The notes beneath the pieces were generated by a model, which saw only the letters and a program-made list of their open reading frames with translations, was not told the origin of the DNA and ran no database searches. DNA of 64,000 nucleotides from Nitrospina sp. LS_NOB (GTDB lineage: Bacteria > Nitrospinota > Nitrospinia > Nitrospinales > VA-1), in assembly GCA_001542995.1 (NCBI GenBank), contig LFLA01000022.1, forward strand, positions 92,587-156,586, given 5' to 3'. Numbering within the stretch: the stretch's first letter is position 1; each line of letters starts with the position of its first letter. The translations under genes and the position numbers were made by a program. Of the stretch, positions 57,317-64,000 are shown piece after piece.

Positions 57317-58129
57317 ATGAAAAATTCTAATTACAACATCCTTCCTCCTCTTAAATGGGCTGGAGGAAAACGTTGGTTGGTAAACGAACATTTAAATCTA
57401 TTTCCAAAAAATTTTAACCGGTATATTGAACCTTTTTTTGGAAGTGGGGCCGTTTTTTTCAAATTGCAGCCACCAAAAGCGACTCTCTCTGATTTAAATA
57501 GTGAGTTAATTGAAACCTATAAATCAATTAAGAGTGACTGGAGGAAAGTATTCCAAGCTTTAAAAACACATCAAAGACTTCATACAAAGGACTATTATTA
57601 CAAAGTAAGAGCACAAAAGCTAAAAGCCCCATACTCTAAAGCGGCCCGTTTCATTTACCTGAATAGGACCTGTTGGAATGGTTTATATCGGGTTAATTTA
57701 CAAGGAAATTTCAATGTCCCAATAGGCACGAAAACCAAAGTGATTTTGGATTCAGACGATTTTGAAGGGGTCGCCAAATTATTGAAAAATTCAAGACTAT
57801 TGGCAGAAGATTTTAAAACAATTATTGAGCAAGCAAAAAAGGGCGACTTTTTATTTGTCGACCCACCATACACTGGGATGCACAATCAAAATAACTTCAT
57901 AAAATATAATGAGAAATTATTTAGTTTAGACGACCAAATTCACTTAAACGATTCCCTTGTCAAAGCCAAAAAAAGAGGGGTGAAAATTCTTTTAACAAAT
58001 GCCTGTCACCCTTTTGTCAAAAAGCTCTACAAAGACCATTTTGAAATGATTAGAGTTAGCAGAAAAAGTGTTATTGCTGCAAATCCTAAAAACAGAACCC
58101 CCATAGAGGAGTTTGTCATAACTACTTAA
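57317..58129 (+). CDS. Dam-family (D12 class, alpha-type) N6-adenine DNA methyltransferase
   Basis: LKWAGGKR, EPFFGSGAVF (FxGxG) and FVDPPY (DPPY), in alpha-class order. Confidence 0.85.
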   Translation: MKNSNYNILPPLKWAGGKRWLVNEHLNLFPKNFNRYIEPFFGSGAVFFKLQPPKATLSDLNSELIETYKSIKSDWRKVFQALKTHQRLHTKDYYYKVRAQKLKAPYSKAARFIYLNRTCWNGLYRVNLQGNFNVPIGTKTKVILDSDDFEGVAKLLKNSRLLAEDFKTIIEQAKKGDFLFVDPPYTGMHNQNNFIKYNEKLFSLDDQIHLNDSLVKAKKRGVKILLTNACHPFVKKLYKDHFEMIRVSRKSVIAANPKNRTPIEEFVITT

Positions 58130-58201
58130 ATGCAAATAAAAAAGAGGGGCTTAGTTAATACAGGAACGGCAACCACATCGGGGTTTGGGCGCGGTAGTTC
58201 T

Positions 58202-58870
58202 CTAGTCTTCGCCAAATTGCTCTTTTAAGGCCAGTTCTTCAAAATGGATTCTGAACTGGAAACCGAACCAGGCGGAAAGTGTACCGAGCGTTCCCCAAAT
58301 CCATGAGTGGGTGGTGATGGCATAGGCAAGAATGACCAGCATCATCATCGTGTAAGTCGGGTGACGCATGCGGCCATGAAGGCCATCGGTTTTTAGGGTC
58401 TGTTTTTCGCGAAAGGCAATGTTGAACTTGAACCGCAAAACCCCCAGCTGAACTATCGCCCAGACGCGCAGTATGGACCCGACAATAAAAAGCGTCACTA
58501 TCAGACTGATTTCCAAAACGGTGACCGGCGCTACGCCGGCGCGGGCAACAAACGACATACCCACCAGAGCCATGCAAATGGGTAACACATGTCCAAAGAG
58601 CTGTTGGAAATAAGGTTTATCAAAAGTGATGTCTTCGGGTTTTTCGGTCAATGCGAAAATGACTATCTCAATGATGCCAAAAATAAAATTGATGTAGGAA
58701 ACGAGGAGGAATCGTTCAATATTGGTGTCGGTCATCCCTAGAGGAATGAGGGGTGCCAGATAGGTGAGCCCGACCAGGATGATGTTGAAATTGAAGTTCT
58801 TGATCAAACAGGCAGCAAAAACCACGCAATAAACGGTAAAATTGATTTTTAACAGGAAAATGGCATCCAC
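58202..58870 (-). CDS. isoprenylcysteine carboxyl methyltransferase (ICMT)/phospholipid methyltransferase family membrane protein
   Basis: Polytopic. C-terminal L.T.G....RHPTY....L......H signature (GLHGRMRHPTYTMMMLV) and EE.L...FG. Confidence 0.6.
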   Translation of the reverse strand: MDAIFLLKINFTVYCVVFAACLIKNFNFNIILVGLTYLAPLIPLGMTDTNIERFLLVSYINFIFGIIEIVIFALTEKPEDITFDKPYFQQLFGHVLPICMALVGMSFVARAGVAPVTVLEISLIVTLFIVGSILRVWAIVQLGVLRFKFNIAFREKQTLKTDGLHGRMRHPTYTMMMLVILAYAITTHSWIWGTLGTLSAWFGFQFRIHFEELALKEQFGED

Positions 58871-58898
58871 ACGTTGTTCCTCAAAATGACAATTTGTT

Positions 58899-58995
58899 CC
58901 TCCCCTGTCATGAGGGGAGGCCAGGAGGGGTGTGGATTTTCCTGGCTAAATTCGTGAGCTAACCCTCCCCTAGCCCCTCCCTATGAAGGGAGGGG
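58899..58995. repeat. two 8-bp C-arm/G-arm hairpins (CCTCCCCT-GTCATG-AGGGGAGG and CCCCTCCC-TATGAA-GGGAGGGG)
   Basis: Read directly at 58899-58920 and 58974-58995 in the divergent intergenic region. Confidence 0.45.
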
Positions 58996-59159
58996 AAGCT
59001 AAATCTCTTCCCTAAATAGTTTACCCGCACACATTATTGCTGAAACATCCAGAATCTGGTATTCTACTGTTCTTCAAGGTATTTTTGTTATAAAATACTG
59101 TGATATTCAATGCGTGATCCCTATTTGTGACCATTTCTACCAGTTCCACAAATTCGGGT

Positions 59160-59165
59160 TATAAT
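59160..59165 (+). promoter_or_regulatory. perfect TATAAT -10 hexamer just upstream of leader element copy B
   Basis: TATAAT lies 11 nt before the first hairpin of the element. No good -35 was found. Confidence 0.3.
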
Positions 59166-59176
59166 TGACTCATTTT

Positions 59177-59278
59177 GGCGGGGTACCCCCGTTGGTAATG
59201 GGCAAAATCTTGTTAGCCGAGAAAACTTTTTGCTAGCGGATGTGAATTAAACCTGAACTTTCGTGCCCCGCAGGGGTA
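59177..59278 (+). other. conserved hairpin-flanked element, copy B, abutting the reductase start codon
   Basis: GGCGGGG-TAC-CCCCGTT hairpin, identical 18-nt block at 59194-59211, shared CCGAGA..TTTTGCT.GC.GA.GTGA, and CCCC-GCA-GGGG (59266-59276) followed by TA-ATG. Confidence 0.5.
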
Positions 59279-61702
59279 ATGAAGCCTTTGCAGTTTACCA
59301 CCGGCAGTTTGCCGGTACTGAGGGAAATAATGGATACAAAAGCACTAAATATTCCGGACGAGGTCCGGCAGGAAATTGATGCCTTCGCCGCAGAGGTGGA
59401 GCGTTTGAACCGGGGCGAAGTTGGCGACGACGACTTCAAACGGTTCCGTCTGCAACAGGGAATTTATGGTCAGCGTCAGGATGGCGAGCAGATGGTGCGA
59501 ACCAAACTACCTGCAGGAAAAATGACCAGCGATCAATTGCACTGTCTGGCGGATTTTGCCGATAAATATTCTCACGGCATCCTGCACATCACCACACGCC
59601 AGGATATCCAACTTCATTATGTAAACATTCAAAACGTTGCCCAGGGCCTTGAAGACCTTGCTCAGTCAGGCGTCACCACCCGGGAAGCCTGTGGCAACAC
59701 CGTGCGTAACGTAACCGCCTGCCACAAAGCGGGGACCTGTTCCACAGAAGTGTTTGATGTCGCCCCTTATGCGCTGGCGGTTTCAAAATATCTCCTGCGT
59801 AAAGATTTAACGCAGAACCTGCCGCGAAAGTTCAAGATCAGCTTCGGCGGTTGTAACGGATGCGGGCTGGCACCGATCCACGACATCGGGCTCAAAGCAG
59901 TTATTCAGAATGATGTACGCGGTTTCCGCGTTCTGATTGGTGGTGGGCTGGGCTCGTTCCCCCATGCGGCAAAACATTTGGTCGATTTTATTCCGCAAGA
60001 CAATCTGTTGCAGTTGTGTGAGGCCATTGTCTCCGTCTTCGACAAATACGGCGACAAAAGAAACCGCAATAAAGCCAGGTTGAAGTTTGTGGTCGATAAG
60101 CTTGGCATGGATAAAATCAAAGAACTCTATGAAGAGGAATATGCGGCGCTGAATGGAAAGACCTACCCGGCTATTGAGGATTTAGAGAGCGGCATTCCAG
60201 AAATCCCTGCATATAAGCCCAACAACCATCACGACTCTGATCCGGAGTTCCAACTCTGGAAAGGACGGAACATTGAGGCGCAGAAACAAGAGGGATTCAA
60301 CAACGTCCAGATCAAATTGATACTCGGCGATTTCAATGTTTCACAGGCTAAAGCATTGGCAAGCATTGCCGAAAAATATGCAGGTGCAAGCATCATCTGC
60401 ACGGTCAACCAGAACGTGATGATCCCCTGGGTGAAAGAAAATGCCTTCGGTTGTATCTATCACGAACTCAAAAACATCGGGTTGCATAAAGCCGGTACCG
60501 AAGAGATCCGCGATATCACTTGTTGTCCGGGTTCAGAAACCTGTAACCTCGGCATCACGGCTTCGCGCGGGTTGGTGCAGGAACTCAACAAGGAAATGGA
60601 AAACGGATTTGAGACCACCAAGGATCTTGACCATGTTTCCATCAAGGCGAGCGGCTGCCCGAACTCCTGCGGACAACATCATATTGCCTCCATCGGTTTT
60701 CATGGAGGAGCAAAAAAAATAAATGGTATTCTAACTCCTCATTATGAAGTTTTTCTTGGTGGAAGGGTTTCGGAAGATGATGTGGTCTTTGGCACATCGG
60801 TCATTAAAATTCCTGCCAAAAATGCTCCAGCAGCCACGAAGCTAACGCTCGAAGACTATAAAGCCGGGAAACAAGACGGCGAAATGTTTGGCGAATATTT
60901 TGACCGTAAAGGTAAAATTTATTTCCGCGACTTGCTCAGTCAGCTTAAAGCTTTACCGGAGATTGAGAAGTCCCCGGAATCTTATATCGATTACGGGTCC
61001 ACAGAAAAATTCAGCCTCGAAGATCGTGGTCAGGGCGAATGTGCCGGTGCTGTCACCGACATGATCACCGACCGCATCACCGAAGCCGAGCGGGCCCACT
61101 TCCAGGGCAAGCTCAGCCTGGAGAAAAAATCGTTCAAGGAAACATGTCAACACGCCAAGCGTTCGGTCATTGCTTCGGCCCGTGCCTTGCTAGTTACCGA
61201 GGGCATGGACTTCAATGATGACTGGGAGTGTCTGAAAAAATTCCAGTCTCTGGTCATCGATATGGAAATTGTATCGGCAAAATTTGCAAAGCTGATAGAC
61301 AGCTTTGAGGCAACTCCTGAAGCCGCAGATGAAAAAATGGCGGAATGGTGGTTGTCGGATGCCGGAGAACTGGTTGCGGAAAGTAAAAAGATTCAGGGCA
61401 CCATGCAATCGGAAAAAACTTTAAGAATGCGTGTCGGGGGGGATGATCCGAAAGAAAAGGCTAAATCAGAAAACGGTGGTGGCAAACAGAGCATTGACCT
61501 TCTCGGAGTCAAATGTCCGTTCAATTACGTCAAAACAAAAATCAAGCTCGAGACAATGGCACCCGGAAGCGTGTTGGAAGTATTGCTGGATGCCGGTGAA
61601 CCTTCTGAGAATGTGCCTCGCAGTATTAAAAATGATGGACACAAGGTTGTTTCCCTGACTGAAGAAAACGGCCATTACAAACTGACCGTGGAAAAGAATT
61701 AA
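59279..61702 (+). CDS. sulfite/nitrite reductase (sirohaem-[4Fe-4S]) fused through a helical linker to a TusA/SirA-like domain
   Basis: Duplicated NiR/SiR halves. Cluster/sirohaem cysteines CCPGSETC and GCPNSC. The C-terminal 70 aa (LLGVKCPFNYVKTKIKL...VLEVLLDAGEPSENVPRSIKNDGHKVV) are TusA-like. Confidence 0.75.
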   Translation: MKPLQFTTGSLPVLREIMDTKALNIPDEVRQEIDAFAAEVERLNRGEVGDDDFKRFRLQQGIYGQRQDGEQMVRTKLPAGKMTSDQLHCLADFADKYSHGILHITTRQDIQLHYVNIQNVAQGLEDLAQSGVTTREACGNTVRNVTACHKAGTCSTEVFDVAPYALAVSKYLLRKDLTQNLPRKFKISFGGCNGCGLAPIHDIGLKAVIQNDVRGFRVLIGGGLGSFPHAAKHLVDFIPQDNLLQLCEAIVSVFDKYGDKRNRNKARLKFVVDKLGMDKIKELYEEEYAALNGKTYPAIEDLESGIPEIPAYKPNNHHDSDPEFQLWKGRNIEAQKQEGFNNVQIKLILGDFNVSQAKALASIAEKYAGASIICTVNQNVMIPWVKENAFGCIYHELKNIGLHKAGTEEIRDITCCPGSETCNLGITASRGLVQELNKEMENGFETTKDLDHVSIKASGCPNSCGQHHIASIGFHGGAKKINGILTPHYEVFLGGRVSEDDVVFGTSVIKIPAKNAPAATKLTLEDYKAGKQDGEMFGEYFDRKGKIYFRDLLSQLKALPEIEKSPESYIDYGSTEKFSLEDRGQGECAGAVTDMITDRITEAERAHFQGKLSLEKKSFKETCQHAKRSVIASARALLVTEGMDFNDDWECLKKFQSLVIDMEIVSAKFAKLIDSFEATPEAADEKMAEWWLSDAGELVAESKKIQGTMQSEKTLRMRVGGDDPKEKAKSENGGGKQSIDLLGVKCPFNYVKTKIKLETMAPGSVLEVLLDAGEPSENVPRSIKNDGHKVVSLTEENGHYKLTVEKN

Positions 61703-62583
61703 TGCTGATTAGCATGACCGGATTTGGCCGGGCAGAGTGCCAGGATGGAGATTACTCCTATAAGGCTGAAATCCGATCGGTCAACAACCGTTTTATAGAA
61801 ATCAATACACGCCTGCCTAAAGCTTTTCTGGATATGGAACTCCCCCTGAAAAAGCTGATCAAGTCGCATTGCGCACGAGGCTCCATCAACATCACCATTT
61901 CCCTGTCCAACTCCAATGGCAATTCTGGAGAATGGGAAATTAAGCCTAACCTTCCCCTTGCCTCTCAATATGTAGAAGCCGTAAAAGAAATTCAAACTTC
62001 TCTAGGGCTCGAAGGCAAGTTGAACATTGATTCTGTGATTGGGCTTAGGGATATCTTAAAAGTAGAACCCGTTGCCATCGATCCGGCTAAAGAAGGCCTG
62101 CTCTTAAACATGGCGGAATCTGCCCTCGCCTCGCTACAGAAAATGCGGGAAGAAGAAGGGCAGCATTTACAAAAGGACCTTTCAGAACGCCTTGACAACA
62201 TCGAAAAACACGCAGAGCAGATAAAAAACCGGCAACCGGAAGTCATCCGGGAATACAAGGCCCGGCTTAAGGAAAAAATCAAACTACTTAACGACGGTAT
62301 CGAGATTGACGAGAGTCGCCTGGCCCAGGAAACCGCTATTCTGGCAGACCGGTGCGACATTACCGAAGAAATCACGCGGCTGGGTAGCCACCTCAATCAA
62401 TTCAGAAAATTATTTGACTCGTCAGAGCCTATAGGCAGGAAACTGGAATTCATCACCCAGGAAATCAACCGGGAGGTCAACACAATGGGTTCGAAATCCA
62501 GCGATACCCAGTTGGCCAATCTGGTCATCGAGATAAAAAGCACACTTGAAAAGATACGGGAACAGTTGCAGAACATTGAGTGA
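61702..62583 (+). CDS. yicC: YicC family protein
   Basis: MLISMTGFGRAE start and C-terminal EFITQEINREVNTMGSK motif. TAATG overlap with the upstream gene. Confidence 0.85.
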   Translation: MLISMTGFGRAECQDGDYSYKAEIRSVNNRFIEINTRLPKAFLDMELPLKKLIKSHCARGSINITISLSNSNGNSGEWEIKPNLPLASQYVEAVKEIQTSLGLEGKLNIDSVIGLRDILKVEPVAIDPAKEGLLLNMAESALASLQKMREEEGQHLQKDLSERLDNIEKHAEQIKNRQPEVIREYKARLKEKIKLLNDGIEIDESRLAQETAILADRCDITEEITRLGSHLNQFRKLFDSSEPIGRKLEFITQEINREVNTMGSKSSDTQLANLVIEIKSTLEKIREQLQNIE

Positions 62584-62636
62584 TTGATTTTCTCAGTTTT
62601 CACCGCAAAATTTTATAAATTTCTGGGGTCGCTACA

Positions 62637-63260
62637 ATGCCTGAAGGATTTGCCCTGATACTTTCCGCCCCTTCCGGGACAGGAAAAACCACCACCTGCA
62701 AACTTTTGCGCGAAGAATTGCCTGATTTAAAATTCGCAGTTTCTCACACCACCCGAGAAATCCGGAATGGCGAAAAGGATGGGGAGGATTATATCTTCGT
62801 ATCCAAAAAAGAATTCGAAGATAAAATCGAAAATAATGGTTTCCTCGAATGGGCTCAGGTCCACAGTTTTTATTATGGTACCTCTCTGGAGTCCGCTGAT
62901 GCAACTCTAAAAAGCGGACACGACACTCTTCTGGAACTGGATGTTCAAGGTGTTGAATCATTGCGGAAAATGGAATACCAGGGAATTTATATTCTTATTC
63001 TTCCGCCATCGATTGCAGAAATGGAAGCCCGGCTCAATAAACGAGGGACCGATTCAAAAGATCGAATCCAACAACGAGTAGAAACCGGAAAAGAGGAAAT
63101 CAAGAAATATAAAATGTACGATTACGTCATCACCAACCATGTGGTCAAAGATACGGTGAATGCTGTCCTCTCTATCCTGCAGGCGGAAAAATTCAAAGCC
63201 TGCCAGTACCGCCCTACCTCACCCGACATTGAAGTATTATTAAAAGATGGGGTTGATTGA
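62637..63260 (+). CDS. gmk: guanylate kinase
   Basis: SAPSGTGKTT P-loop, SHTTR and YYGT motifs. Confidence 0.9.
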   Translation: MPEGFALILSAPSGTGKTTTCKLLREELPDLKFAVSHTTREIRNGEKDGEDYIFVSKKEFEDKIENNGFLEWAQVHSFYYGTSLESADATLKSGHDTLLELDVQGVESLRKMEYQGIYILILPPSIAEMEARLNKRGTDSKDRIQQRVETGKEEIKKYKMYDYVITNHVVKDTVNAVLSILQAEKFKACQYRPTSPDIEVLLKDGVD

Positions 63261-63262
63261 AC

Positions 63263-64000
63263 ATGTCTCGCGTTGACCTCATGGAACTGGTCAGGAACAA
63301 GATTAAAGGACTGCAAGCCTATCAGGTGGAGAGCCTGGATGAGGGTACCAAGTTACACGCTAATGAGAATCCGTATCCCCCCTCGCCGGAATTGTTGAAA
63401 AAAATATTTCAACGGCTAGATAAGTTGGAACTCAATCGTTACCCCGACCCCGATTGCAGAAACCTGAAACAAGCCATCGCCAAGACCACAGGCGCTCTTC
63501 CCGAACAAATCATCATTGGAAACGGTTCAGATGAATTGATTCAATATATGATGCAAGTTCTATGTGATGAAGGGGACGCTATCGCCTTCCCGGACCCGAC
63601 ATTTGCCATGTACGGCATCACGGCACAATGCTTGGGGTTGAATCCTGCCAGCTTCCCCCTCAATGATAGTTGGGATTTCGAAGCCGGGTCAGCATTGAAA
63701 GTTCTCGCTGAACATAAGGCTCGTATTGTTTTCATTAGTTATCCCAACAACCCAACAGGAAATTGCTTTTCCGGGCAGGAAATTCAACAGGTCATTGAGC
63801 AGTTTGAAGGCATTGTGGTGCTAGATGAGGCCTATCATGACTTTTCGGGAAAAAGTTTTCTCAACCAAATGGAAAAACATAACAACCTGGTTATTCTGAG
63901 GAGTTTGTCAAAAATCGGCCTGGCGGGACTCCGAATAGGTTTTGGAATTTTCCCGGTTACGCTTGCAGAACAGGTTAACAAAGTTCGCCTGCCTTATAAC
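63263..64000 (+). CDS. hisC: histidinol-phosphate aminotransferase, 3'-truncated by the window edge
   Basis: Open to the window end. LHANENPYPPSP, YPDP, GNGSDELI, YPNNPTG and RSLSKIGLAGLRIG (PLP lysine) motifs. Confidence 0.8.
   Translation, partial: MSRVDLMELVRNKIKGLQAYQVESLDEGTKLHANENPYPPSPELLKKIFQRLDKLELNRYPDPDCRNLKQAIAKTTGALPEQIIIGNGSDELIQYMMQVLCDEGDAIAFPDPTFAMYGITAQCLGLNPASFPLNDSWDFEAGSALKVLAEHKARIVFISYPNNPTGNCFSGQEIQQVIEQFEGIVVLDEAYHDFSGKSFLNQMEKHNNLVILRSLSKIGLAGLRIGFGIFPVTLAEQVNKVRLPYN

Noticed and set aside
54075-58201. Mobility signatures for the DGQHR island (integrase, transposase, flanking direct repeats, adjacent tRNA)
   Set aside because: None were found. The only tRNA (Pro-GGG at 48454-48531) is ~6 kb away with unrelated genes in between. 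The horizontal-transfer idea therefore rests only on composition and on the truncated remnant.
1-64000. CRISPR arrays, rRNA genes, IS elements and prophage genes
   Set aside because: No regularly spaced direct repeats, rRNA-like conserved blocks, transposase or integrase motifs, or phage structural genes were seen anywhere in the window.

Overview
This is a chromosomal window from a diderm bacterium (TonB, a TonB-dependent receptor, lipoproteins, a c-type cytochrome) and it is moderately AT-rich overall. All calls come from reading motifs in the supplied translations and the raw sequence; no database search or folding program was used.

Positions ~900-32500 form one large cobalamin (B12) locus.
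- cobQ comes first, followed by two divergent operons that each begin with a cobalamin riboswitch. The two aptamers are inverted copies that differ at 1 of 129 nt by eye.
- The leftward operon encodes a TonB-dependent receptor, a PepSY-TM protein, TonB and a DxDG-repeat protein.
- The rightward operon is ~23 kb: YVTN beta-propeller, cbiX-C-D-L-F-G-H-J-E, chlI/D-like gene, cobN, cbiA, cobO, cobS, a cobU-bluB fusion, cobD, cbiB, a second DxDG-repeat paralogue, a cytochrome c, cobT and a secreted repeat protein.

The right half mixes housekeeping and accessory genes:
- a dapL-like aminotransferase, folK, and thiI-cysteine desulfurase-ubiX-tmk;
- a frameshifted chemoreceptor and a J-domain protein;
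- znuACB plus a CDF transporter, and a B12-binding radical SAM enzyme;
- tRNA-Pro(GGG) and a stomatin/NfeD pair;
- a frameshifted SAM methyltransferase and a TPR protein;
- a sulfite/nitrite reductase fused to a TusA-like domain;
- yicC, gmk and the 5' part of hisC.

The best candidate for an undescribed system is an AT-rich three-gene island at 54414-58129. It encodes a DGQHR (DndB/ParB-like) protein, a 441-aa orphan and a Dam-family N6-adenine methyltransferase, with no dnd or dpd genes nearby.

Other signals worth follow-up:
- the twin riboswitches;
- a conserved hairpin-flanked leader-like element present twice, after the gene ending at 42564 (upstream of znuA) and immediately upstream of the reductase start codon;
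- signal peptides split from their mature domains by homopolymer tracts (C8 in the TonB-dependent receptor, A8 in the DxDG-repeat paralogue);
- a concentration of frameshifts in accessory genes while the cob operon is intact.
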